A stretch of DNA of 64,000 bases from Hypanus sabinus (lineage: Eukaryota). Of this stretch, positions 12,646-24,050 are shown piece by piece (the first letter of the stretch is position 1; each line of letters opens with the position of its first letter). The stretch lies in the NCBI RefSeq assembly GCF_030144855.1, contig NC_082730.1, positions 4,030,001-4,094,000 on the forward strand. The letters run 5' to 3'. The notes under the pieces were generated by a model, which made no database searches, was not told where the DNA came from, and saw only the letters and a program-made list of their open reading frames with translations. Made by a program: the position numbers and the translations under genes.

Positions 12646-13325
12646 TAACACACACAGAATGCTGGAGGAACTCAACAGGTCAGTTATGCATCTATGTAAA
12701 TGAACAAACAGTAGACATTTTGAGTTGAGATCCTTCTTCGGGACTGGAAAGGAAGGGGGAAGACACCAGAGTTAAAAGGTGGGGAATGGGAGAAGGTGAT
12801 AGATGAAGCTAGGTGGGTAGGAAAGGTAAAGGGCTGGAGAGGAAGGAATCTTGATAGGACGGGAGAGTGGACTATAGGAGAAAGGAAAGGAAAAAGGGAC
12901 CCAGTGGGAGGTGTTAGGTAGGTGAGAAGAGGTAAGGGACCAGAGTGGGGAAATAGAAGAAGAGGCAAAGAGGAAGAATTTTTTTTTACCAGATAGAGTA
13001 ACTGATATTCATGTCATCAGGTTGGAGGCCATCCAGACAGAATACAAGGTGTTGGTCCTCGACCCTGAGTGTGGCCTCATCATGGCACAAGAGGAGGTCA
13101 TGGACCAACATGTCAGAACGGGATTGGGAATTGGGCTACCAGGAAGTTCAGCTTTTGGCAGATGGAGCGGAGGTGCTGAACAAGGCTCACCAATGTAGAG
13201 GAGACCACATCGGGAGTATTGGACACAATAGACGACCCCAGCAGATTCACAGGTGAAGGTCTGTCTGGGGGCCTGAATGGAGGTGAGGGAGGAGGTGAAT
13301 GGGCAGGTGTAGCACTTTGGCAGCA
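12646..13325 (-). mobile_element. Penelope-like element remnant (GIY-YIG endonuclease end plus terminal repeat)
   Basis: Minus-strand RQTFTCESAGVVYCVQYSRCGLLYIGE matches the PLE GIY-YIG motif. The terminus aacacacacagaatgctggaggaactc is shared with the PLE-derived short repeats at about 5050, 35711 and 51836. Confidence 0.75.
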
Positions 13326-13329
13326 CATA

Positions 13330-14190
13330 GGGATCCTCTTCTGCCTCCTCTCCAAAGCCTCCACATCCTTCCTGTAATGTAGAGCCCAGAACTGTACACA
13401 GTACTCCAGACATAAGCCAAGGAAAAGTCTACACAAATGAACATTCATACCCAGCACTCTGACTGCTGAAGACAAACAGACAGAATGTCTTCTTTACCCC
13501 CCCCCCCCACCCCACCCCATCCACCTGGGTTGGCACTTTCTGGGAGCTGTGGACATGCAATGCATGAATACCCTGTATTCCAGTGCTCAGGACGATTGTG
13601 CCATTTATTGAATACTTTCCCCTTACATTTGACCCCATAAAGTGCAAAACCTGACACTTGTCTGTATTAAACAATCTGCCATTTCTCAGCCCATATTTCT
13701 AACTGGTCTATATCCTGCTGAATCCATTAACAACTTTCCTCACCTTCCACAATTCCATCAACTTGCAAGCCTACAGTTCAGCCCAACAACATTATGTATA
13801 AATCATTTATACATATCGCAAGCAACACAGATCCCATAAGTGATCCTTGCAGAACGCCACTGGTCACAGGCCTCCAGTCAGATGAACACTCCTGAGCTCC
13901 CCATCTTATATCACCAAGCCAATTTTGAAACAGCAAGTTTGAGCAAAGAAGAGGAAAGAGATCAGTACAACCTGTTCCAGGGTGTGGAATAGCAGATGGA
14001 CAGTGATTGATGAAGTCGGGTTGAGAGCATTGCACCCTATACTCTGGCACACATCGCTCTGCTCTAGATCCAGAGTCAATCACTAAAATCTGATGCTTTG
14101 CAATTTTGGGCTTAGTATATCTTCTCTCAATTGGTACAGTCTTACTTACTGACACCTGACCGCCAAAGCACAATCACCCTCCACCTGCCC
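13330..14190 (-). mobile_element. CR1 RT remnant
   Basis: Minus-strand SDWRPVTSGVLQGSLMGSVLLAICINDL and MFNTDKCQVLHF. Confidence 0.7.
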
Positions 14191-14240
14191 AATTACCCCA
14201 TCTGACCTTGGTCTCACCCTGACACCGACATTTCCTTTTT

Positions 14241-14682
14241 CATAGAAACATAGAAAACCTGCAGCACAATACAGGCCCTTTGGCCCACAATGCAGTGCCG
14301 AACACGTCCTTACTTTAGAAATTACCTCGGTTTACCCATAGCCCTCTATTTACCTGTCCAGGAGTCTCTTAAAAGACCCTATCTTTTCCGCCTCCACCAC
14401 CGTCCTCGGCAGCCCATTCCACGCACTCATCACACTCTGTGTAAAAACCTTACCCCTGACATCTCCTCTGTACATACTTCCAAGCAGCTTAAAACTATGC
14501 CCTCTCATGTTAGACATTTCAGCCCTGGGAGAAAGCCTCTGACTGTCCACACGATCAATGCCTCTCATCATCTTATACACCTCTATCAGGTCACCTCTCA
14601 TCCTCCTTCGCCCCAAGGAGGAAAGGCCGAGTTCATTCACCCTATTCTCATAAGGAATGCACCCCAATCCAGGCAACATCCA
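14241..14682 (-). mobile_element. CR1 LINE 3' fragment
   Basis: LPGLGCIPYENRVNELGLSSLGRRRMRGDLIEVYKMMRG. Tail reads catagaaacatagaaaacc on the + strand. Confidence 0.85.
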
Positions 14683-14844
14683 AGCTAGATAGATATCTGA
14701 TGGATAGGGGAATCAAGGGATATGGGGACAAGGCAGGGACTGGGTATTGATAGTGAATGATCAGCCATGATCTCAGAATGGTGGTGCAGACTCGAGGGGC
14801 CGAATGGTCTACTTCTGCACCTATTGTCTATTGTCTATTGTCAT

Positions 14845-16370
14845 AAATGCTTGAAGAATTCAGGGTAGTCAGCATTTGGTGCATAAATATTAACCAAAGC
14901 TACTTTTTAGTTATAAAGTAAATATGGGTCTGAGATTGTCTCATAATGAACAAATGAGATCGAGGAGTTTATGTAAAAATGGATATGCCTTTTGCTTTGG
15001 TTGAAGAGTTAGAATGATACTGAGCACTTTCCAAAACCTAAAAAAACTGCTGATTATCATCCTTCCTCACGTGAGTCTCCTGCACAAAAAGTAATCTGAG
15101 AATTCGATCTATGAAAAACTTTCAAAAATCTTCTTCTGTTTAATTGGGTGATGCAAACCATTCATGTTCCATGAAACAAAGTTAATAATAAACCATATAG
15201 TGTGTAAACCATATTGCTTTGGAAACTCATGAATCAGGAAGAGGGAAAAAAGTTTGAAGAGGAACCAGAAGTTATGACAATACAGACATTTTTGTAGTTT
15301 CAGATCAGCCCAAATGAAAAATACTGAACTAAAAATAGATCCCCTCCCCCCCACTCCCACAAAGACCCGAAACCTGCCAATAGAAAGCCAGGGAACTATC
15401 TAAGAAGCTCCCTACCCCCAGCTCTCTTGACAGCAAGTCTCCAAAGTTTCTAAAAAATAAAATAACCACCCAGAGTCAAAACATTGCGAAAGGAATGCCA
15501 AACAGAAGTTAAGAAAAAAACAACCATTTGAAGACCATTTTAAAAGAGGTCTTAAAAAATGAAGCAGAATACAATCTTAATAATATTTCAAGAAAAAACA
15601 AGTAATCACCAAGCCAGAGTCTTAATAACTTTCTAAACTGAACAATTAAAAATAAAGTAAAATAATAAAAGAAAGGAACTTTAACATAGAAACATAATAA
15701 ATCTCCGTACGCCAAAGCGAAGTACCAGAGGAATCGGCCCAAGGACAAAGTTCTACGAACTTAAAATGTCCAAATCTATAGGCTGGTTATTAACTAATAA
15801 ACCAGAAGTATACAAACATAAAGGAACGGTAAATTTATTAAACATCTGAGCTCAAACAATGCTCCTCGAGAAATTGTTGTGTGTCATCTACGGATTTAAA
15901 CCACTTAGACAGTTTATCAGGCAGAAAAAGCCTTAAATGAGTGGGATATAGCACAGCCAGTCAGAATTTCCTTTGATATAATCCTGACATCACCAATTTA
16001 AATCTCAATCTTTCTTGCATTACCTCAGGACAATAATCTTTAACCTGATGAAACTTAAAATTTTGATGTTCAATAATTCCTTTCCAACGAGCAATTTGAA
16101 ATAAGTGCTGCTTAGTACTCACATGATGGAATCGAGGAATCACAGGGCATGGTTTTAACTCTTTCAATGGTTTTGGTCTTAAGCCCGATGATTACGGTCG
16201 ATTATCGGAGAAGAAGAAAAGAACTCCGAGCCAAAGGCCTCCATTATGAAAAGAGAAAAAAATTTAGTAAGATCCCAACTCTCTACATCTTCACTGAGTC
16301 CTATTATTCACAAATTCTGTCTGTGACTACGACTCTCCAAATCAATAATCTTGACTTTATACTGCTCCAA
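14845..16370 (-). mobile_element. L1-clade LINE fragment (ORF1 C-half plus start of ORF2 endonuclease)
   Basis: Minus-strand ESRSHRQNL.IIGLSE, VIPRFHH...VKDYCPEVMQER (ORF1) and FVSWNMNGLHHPIKQKKIF...ETHVRK (APE start). Related to 54623-59144. Confidence 0.75.
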
Positions 16371-16374
16371 TGTA

Positions 16375-17545
16375 TGACAGACAGGTTATTGATCCCCAGG
16401 GAAATTCGGTTTTGTTACTGTTGCACCAACCAAGGATAGTGTATAAATATAGCAATATAAAACCATAAATATTTAAATAATAATGTTAATGATGCCAAGT
16501 GGAAAGGAGTCCAGGACCAGCCTATTGGCTCAGGGTGTCTGACACTCTGAGGGAGGAGTTGTAAAGTTTGATGGCCACAGGCAGGAATGACTTCCTATGA
16601 CGCTCAGTGTTACATCTCGGTGGAATGTGTCTCTGGCTGAATGTACTCCTGTGCCTAACCAGTACATTATGGAGTGGATGGAAGACATTGTCCAAGATGG
16701 TATGCAACTTGGACAACATCCTCTTTTCAGACACCACCGTCAGAGAGTCCAGTTCCACCCCCACAACATCAATGGCCTTATGAATGAGTTTGTTGATTCT
16801 GTTGGTGTCTGCTACCCTCAGCCTGCTGCCCCAGCACACAACAGCAAACATGATAGCACTGGCCACCACAGCCTTGTAGAACATCCTCAGCATTGTCCTG
16901 CAGATGTTAAAGGACCTCAGTCTCCTTAGGAAATAGAGACAGCTCTGACCCTTCTTGTAGACAGACTCAGTGTTCTTTGACCAGTCCAGTTTATTGTCAA
17001 TTCGTATCCCCAGGTATTTGTAATCCTCCACCATGTCCACAGTGACCCTTTGGATGGAAACAGGGGTCACTGGTGCCTTAGCCCTCCTCAGGTCCACCAC
17101 CAGCTCCTTAGTCTTTTTCACACTAAGCTGCAGATGATTCTGCTTACACCATGTGACAAAGTTTCCCACCGTAGCCCTGTACTCAGCCTCATCTCCCTTG
17201 CTGGTGCATCCAACTATGGCAGAGTCATCAGAAAACTTCTGAAGATGGCAAGACTCCGTGTTGTAGTTGAAGTCCGAGGTGTAGATGGTGAAGAGAAAGG
17301 GAGACAGTCCCCTGTGGAGCCCCAGTGTTGCTGACCACTCTGTCTGACACACAGTGTTGCAAGCGCACATACTGTGGTCTGCCAGTCAGGTAATCAATAA
17401 TCCATGACACCAGGGAAGCATCCTCCTGCATCACTGTCAGCTTCTCCCCCAGCAGAGCAGGGTGGATGGTGTTGAACGCTCTGGAGAAGTCAAAAAACAT
17501 GACCCTCACAGTGCTCGCCAACTTGTCCAGGTGGGCGTAGACACA
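16375..17545 (-). mobile_element. Rex1/Babar LINE, well-preserved RT 3' half
   Basis: ORFs 17228-17521 and 16522-17370: MFFDFSRAFNTI, GAPQGTV, LQKFSDDSAIVG, YKYLGIRIDNKLDWS, LYFLRRLRSF. Confidence 0.9.
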
Positions 17546-17639
17546 TTTCAGCAGGTAAAGTAGCCAAGGTTAGGTTCTTTTCCAAAGAAGTCAATCTGGA
17601 ATCTCTCTGTTTCCCAGCTTCACTAAGCTCTGAAGTTTG

Positions 17640-18199
17640 CTGTTGCTGTTTCTCATTCTCCTTTTTTTTGAGTGCTGCCCGCTTCGCTGCCGCTGCTACT
17701 GTGCGGTCCGGAATCTCCGGAGGAGAAGGCCTCCGAGACCTCGGCTTTGCTTGTTTCAGTGGCCGGGATGAGGTTGAAGGTGCTCGGCAGAGGAGGGCGC
17801 TCGGGAGGCTGTATCGGAGGGGCTGGTCGGAGGCTCGAAGTTTTCGGACGGACTCAGAGTCTGCTGTGGTCGTTGCTTCCAAGGCATCAGATGTCAGTGC
17901 CTGGAAGTTTATGGTAGGGAGAGTTTCTCCCTTTTGCTGCCTGATATCAGGACTATTGGAGTCGATCGGGACTTGTGACCTTTTTTAAAAACCGTGCCCA
18001 TGGTCTGCTTTTATCAAATTACGGTATTGCTTTGCACTGCTGTAACTATATGCTATAATTATGTGGTTATGTCAGTGTGAGTCTTTGCTTTGTCCTTTTT
18101 TTGTTTTGTGATATCACTCTGGAGGAACATTGTATCATTTCTTAATGCATGCATTTCTAAATGACAAGAAAAGAGGACTGAGTGTCCTCATAATCTAAT
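17640..18199 (+). mobile_element. GC-rich non-autonomous retroposon-like repeat (family also at 52769-53447)
   Basis: Shares gcttcgctgccgctgctactgtg...gtcggaggctcgaagttt...ggactgagtgtcctcataatctaa with the second copy. The (TAATC)n-type tail suggests LINE mobilisation. Confidence 0.6.
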
Positions 18200-19514
18200 A
18201 AGTCTGAGGATGGGGATTGATTATGAAAACAGCAAAGGGTAAGAGAAATATTGTTGAAGAAAAGGAAAATGGACAATTGAAGGATATTAAGAACAGTCTG
18301 TGAGAGCAAGAATCAGGAAATGAAACAAATATAGCAGCAGGTACAACTGTGGTTCCCTTACAGACAGAGGTGGGTCTTTGCAGTGGGGAATGAAGGAACA
18401 GTGGAGGAAATAAACCATGGCTTCTTGTGTGCCTTTGTGGAAGACACAAAAACCTGCCAGAAATACAGGATAGACAAGTGTTGAATGCAAGTGTAGAAAT
18501 AAAATCAGTCAGCATCAATGATGAAATACCATCATGAAAATTGATAACTGACACAGGCCTGATGAACTCCATCCCGGAGTTTGTGACAAGATGTCAGTAG
18601 TGTTACTCAACTTTCTGGTTATCATCTGCCAAACTCTACAGTTTCAGGAATGGTTCCTTCAGCCTGTTTCAAAAAGGAGGGAGAGAGAGAAAACTGGGAA
18701 CCACTCACCTCCCCATCTGACACTGGGAGCGGGGACAATGTTGGAATCTGTAATAATGGGTGTGAAATGCATGCTGAAGAGGAATTATCACAAAGATTCA
18801 CCAGACTGGTTTCTGATGTGGTGGGTCTGACTTGTCAGGAATGTGAGAAATAGACTACACCTATATTCAAACAGTTCAAAGTAAGTTTTATTATCAGAGT
18901 ACATTTCTGTCACCACATACAACCCTGAGATTATTTCTCTTCGGGCATACTTAGCAAATCTATAGAACAGTAACTGTAAACAGGATCAATGGACAACAAA
19001 CTGTGCAAATGCAAATATAAATAAATAGCAATCAACAACCTGTTCTTGGACATGGTGGTGCAAGTCCTGAGGCACTTGTACCTTTTGCTTGATGAGAGCA
19101 GTGAGAAAAGTGCATGGCCTGGGTGGTGAGGATCTTTGCTTATGGCAATGATTCATGTAGGCGCTTCCAGTGGCTGTAAGGGTTATATCCGTGATGTACT
19201 GGATTGAATTTGCCTCATTTTGTAGGATTTTCACTCAAATACACGGTGTACCCATAACAGGCCATAATGAAGCCAGCCAGCACACTGTGGTAAATCATTG
19301 GGATTCTCTGGTGAGGAATTCTTCTTTCATTGATTGTTTTCTAGATATTAAAAAGATCAAGGAAATGTGGAGAAAAAGTTTTAGCCAGGATCAGTTGAAT
19401 ATGTTGTGTGGTTCAATGGTAGCACGTCCGCTTCCTGCTCCTGCTCGTCATGTTGACACGAGCTCGGTAAAGTGTTTGTGAACCCCGATCACACAATGGA
19501 ACTACAGAGAAGGG

Positions 19515-19775
19515 AGTGTGAGTGTTTGCGTGTAACTGTGTGAGTGAGTGAGAGTGAGAGTGAGAACCGTGGTGTGTGTCTGCGTGTGAGTTTGTGAGTG
19601 TGTTTGTCTGGGAATTGGGATCACACATGGAGCATACAGTGTCAGTGTTTGCAAGTGTGTGTGAGTGCATCTGTGTCTGTGAGTGTGAGTGTGTGCATGT
19701 GTGTAAGCATGAGCAATGTTCTCTATGTGTGCATGTTTCTGTGTGAGTGTGTGTGTATTAGAGAGAGAGAGAGAT
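19515..19775. repeat. Degenerate (TG)n/(GA)n microsatellite
   Basis: Run of gtgtgagtgtgtg-type sequence ending in gagagagagaga. Confidence 0.8.
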
Positions 19776-22700
19776 ATGAACACAGATCACACAATGAGGA
19801 ACTTGAGTAAGGTTGTCACAACTATGTCTATGTGTCACAACTATGGGTTGTTTTTAAAGAAGAAAGGGATTTTCTCAATTTGGACGTAGATTGTATTTTC
19901 TCACTGTCACCTCATGGGCATGTAGTGTTCCTTCGATTGTGAACTTTTCATGTCTAATTGTTTGTCTTTGCACAAAGTGGGTTTTCACTTCGTGTTGCAA
20001 GTGTCTCATTTGAGATCATGAGGATTGTTAAAATCTCTTTATATTGATCACTTTTATTCAATTTGGTTTAACGTGCTTTCTTGATCACTGTGTGAGCTGG
20101 AAAGATCCAGAGTCTATACTGTTGATAAGGATGCATAGAAACATAGAAAACCTACAGCACAATACTGGTCTTCAGCCCACATGTCCCTACCATAGAAGTC
20201 AGTAGGCTTACCTATAGCCCTCTATTTTATTAAGCTCCATGTACCTATCTAAAGCCCCTATTGTATCTGCCTCCACCACTGTTGCTGGCAGCCCATTTCA
20301 CGCACACACCACTCTGAGTAAAAACTTACCCCTGATATCTCTTCTGTACCTACTTCCCAGCACCTTAAACCTGTGTTCTCTTGTGGCAACCATTTCAGCC
20401 CTGGGAAAATGCCTCTAACTATCCACATGATCAATGCCTCTCATCATCTTATACACCTCTATCAGGTCACCTCTCATCCTCTGTCACTCCAAGGAGAAAA
20501 TGCCAAGTTGACTCACCCTGTTTTCATAAGGCATGCTCCCCGATCCAGGCAATACTCTTATAAGTCTCCCCTGCACTCTTTTTATGGCTTCCACATCCTT
20601 CCTGTAGCGAGGCAACCAGAACTGAGCACAGTACTCCAAGTGGGGTCTGACCAGGGTCCTATATAGCTGCAACATTCCCTCTCGGCTCCTAAATTTAGTT
20701 CCACAATTGATGAAGGCCAATGCATTGTACGCCTTCTGAACCACAGAGTCGACCTGCGCAGATGCTTTGAACGTGCAATGGACTTGGACCCCAAGATCCC
20801 TCTGATCCTCCACACTGCCAGGAGTCTTACCATTAATACTATATGCTGCCATCATATTTGACCTACCAAAATGAACCACTTCACACTTAACTGGGTTGAA
20901 CTCCACCTGTTACTTCTCAGCCCAGATTTGCATCCAATCGATGTCCCGCTGTAACCTCTGACAGCCCGCCAAACTATCCACAACACCTCCAACCTTAGTG
21001 TCCTCAGCAAACTTACTAACCCATCCTTCCATTTCCTCATCCAGGTCATTTATAAAAATCACGAAGAGTAAGGGTCCCAGAACAGATCTCTGTGGCACTC
21101 CACTGGTGACTGACCTCCATGTAGAATATGACCCGTTTACAACCACTCTTTGCTTTCTGAGGGCATGCCAGTTCTGGATCCACAAAGCAATGTCCCCTTG
21201 GATCCCATGCCTCATTACTTTCTCAATAAGTCTTGCATGGGTACCTTATCAAATGCCTTGCTAAAATCCATATATACTACATCAACTGTTCTTCCTTCAT
21301 TAATGTGTTTAGTCACATCTTCAAAAAATGCAATCAGGCTCGGAAGGCATGTCCTGCCCTTGACAAAGCCATTCTGACTACTCCTACTCATATTATACCT
21401 CTCCAAATGTTCATAAATCCTGCCTCTTAGGATCTTCTCCATCAACTTACCAATCACTTAGGTAAGACACTGGTCTATAATTTCCTGGGCTATCTCTACT
21501 TCCTTTCTTGAATAAAGGAACAGCATCCTTAACCCTCCAATCCTTCGGAACTTCTCCCGTCCCCATCGATGATGTAAAGATCATCGCCAGAGGCTCAGCA
21601 ATCTCCTCTCTTGCCTCCCACAGCAGCCTGGGGTACATCTCTTCCAGTCACAGCAACTTATCCAACTTGATGCTTTCCAAAAGCTCCAGCATATCCTCTT
21701 TCTTAATATCTACATGCTCAAGCTTTTCAGTCTGCTGCAAATCATCACTACAATCACCAAGATCCTTTTCTGTAGTGAAAACTGAAGTGAAGTATTCAGT
21801 AAATACCTCTGCTATTTCCTCTGGTTCCATATACACTTTCCCACTGTCACACTTGATAGGTTCTATTCTTTCATGACTTATCCTCTTGCTCTTTTCATTC
21901 TCGTAGAATGCCTTGGGCTTTTTCTTTATCCAGCCTGCCAAGGACTTCTCATGGCCCCTTCTGGTGCTCCTAATTTCCTTCTTAAGCTCCTTCCTAGTTG
22001 CCTTATAACCTTAACCTTCTAGAACTCTAACATTACCTAGCTCTCTGAATCTTTTGTAAGCTTTTCTTTTCTTCTTGACTAGATTTAATACAGCTTTTGT
22101 ACACCATGATTCCTGTACCCTACCATAACTTCCCTGTCTCATTGGAATGTACCTATACAGAACTCCACACAAATATCCCCTGAATATTTGCCAGATTTCT
22201 TCGGTACTTTACGCGGAGAACATCGTTTTTTTAATTTAAGCCTGCAATTTCTTGCATGATAGTCCCATAATTCCCCTTATTCCAATTAAACTCTTTTCTA
22301 ACTTGTCTGTTCCTATCTCTCTCCAATGCTATTGTAAAGGAGACAGAATTATGATCACTAACTCCAAAATGCTCTCCTACTGAGAGATCTGACACCGGAC
22401 CAGGTTCATTTCCTAACACCAAATCAAGTACCACCTCTCCTCTTGTAGGCTTATCTACACTTTGTACATATTGTGTCAAGAAACCTTCCTGAACACTCCT
22501 AACAAACTCCCCCCCATCAAAACCCATTGCTCTAGGGCAGGGGTCAGCAACCTTTACCACTGAAAGAGCCACTTGGACCCGTTTCCCACAGAAAAGAAAA
22601 CACTGGGAGCCGCAAAACCCGTTTGACATTTAAAATGAAATAACATTGCATACAACGTTTTGTTTTGCCTTTATGCTATGTATAAACAAACTATAATGTG

Positions 22701-23513
22701 TTGCATTTATGAAATTGATGAACTCCTGCAGAGAAAACGAAATTACATTTCTGCATGCAACAAAAACATTTTGACCTCCGAAAAAAAGACGTTGGGTTGA
22801 AGGTTACTTTTAAGTAAAATACTCAACATCTATTTGAGTCCTTCTTGTATTTATGAAAAACGCCAAACTTAAATTTGCCGCCAGCAGCAAACCAAAAATA
22901 ACGTCAGCCAGCTGTCAACCTGAAAAATAAAAGGACTATTTCACTGAACAATGAAAACATATGAATAAACGTAAAATAATAGGCAATTAAAATATTTATC
23001 ATCCTTGTTCAGGTTGACTCACACCTGACAATGCAGTCGTATTCAGTAGGGATGGATCGATGCTTAGGGGAGTGACCAGGAAGGATAATGTGTTTTTTTC
23101 CTCTCTGAACTCACAGAAGCGTTTCCCAAACGATGTTTGCATTGCGATGATTGCAGAATGTAAATACTCTGAATTTATCATGTCGTGACCTTTTTTGAAC
23201 TCTCTCAAATTGGGGAAGTGAGACAATGTGCCTTTCTGTAAATCTCTGGCAAGCAACGTCAACTTGCGCTCGAATGCCAAAACATCCTCCAACATGTGCA
23301 GGGCTGTACGTCCTTACCCCGTTGAAGAGCTGTGTTCAGCGTGTTCAGGTGCGCTGTCATGTCTACCATGAAGTGTAGCTTTTCCAGCCACTCTGGCTGT
23401 TCCAGCTCAGGAAAGGTGAGCCCTTTGCTGCCCAGGAAAGTTTTCACTTCTTCCAGACACGCGACAAAGCGTTTCAGCACCTCCCCTCTGGACAGCCAGC
23501 GATAAAAACACGT

Positions 23514-23730
23514 TGTATCGGTGTGCTACACGCAGTCAGTAAACTGCAATCAAAGATAGCTTTATTCGAACTAAACAGCCTTGCTTTTAAGCCTCCCTCA
23601 ACCCCCCCCCCCCATGGGCGCGGATGCTGCAAAAGACACGTACTCACAAACCCCCGTAGGCTATCTCCCTTAGCCTGAACGCTGGCTAATTGTGAGCCGG
23701 TTCGGATGTGTCAGGAAATGGGTCGCCACA
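23514..23730 (-). mobile_element. Solo LTR (copy 1) inside the hAT element
   Basis: TGTATCG...CGCCACA termini. Flanks ACGT/AAGT match at 3 of 4 positions. Homologous to 23836-24050. Confidence 0.7.
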
Positions 23731-23835
23731 AAGTCTTATTTAGATTGTACAAGATCACCATAATCTTCAAATTTAGATTTACATTTCAAAAACTAACAAA
23801 CTAACATAAAATACATTTTAATTAAATACTGACCA

Positions 23836-24050
23836 TGTAGCGGTGTGCTACACGCAGCGCTAAAATTACGACACGGAGTCGGTAACTGCAGTCGAAGGAA
23901 AAAACTTTATTCGAAATCTTCAGCCTCACTTTTAAGCCTCCCTCAACCTGCCCCCCATGGCGCAGAGGCTCCAAAGCTCTGTGCTCGCAAACCCCCGTAG
24001 GCTATCTAATTGTGAGTCGGTTCGGATGTGCCAGGAAAAGGGTCGCTACA
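23836..24050 (-). mobile_element. Solo LTR (copy 2) inside the hAT element
   Basis: Perfect inverted termini TGTAGCG...CGCTACA. 4-bp TSD ACCA at 23832-23835 and 24051-24054. AATAAA on the minus strand (ctttattc on +). Confidence 0.8.

Noticed and set aside
18591-18830. Signal-peptide-like ORF MSVVLLNFLVIICQTL (also at 54162)
   Set aside because: It lies in what looks like a decayed CR1 remnant duplicated with the unit, and it has no phase-1 donor after the hydrophobic stretch.
19423-19472. Hydrophobic RFLLLLVMLTRA followed by gtaaag as a candidate gene 2 leader
   Set aside because: There is no in-frame ATG ahead of the hydrophobic stretch (TAG just upstream), and the donor would be phase 2 while the V exon needs phase 1. 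The paralogous site near 59520 has a stop and lies inside gene 3 intron 1.
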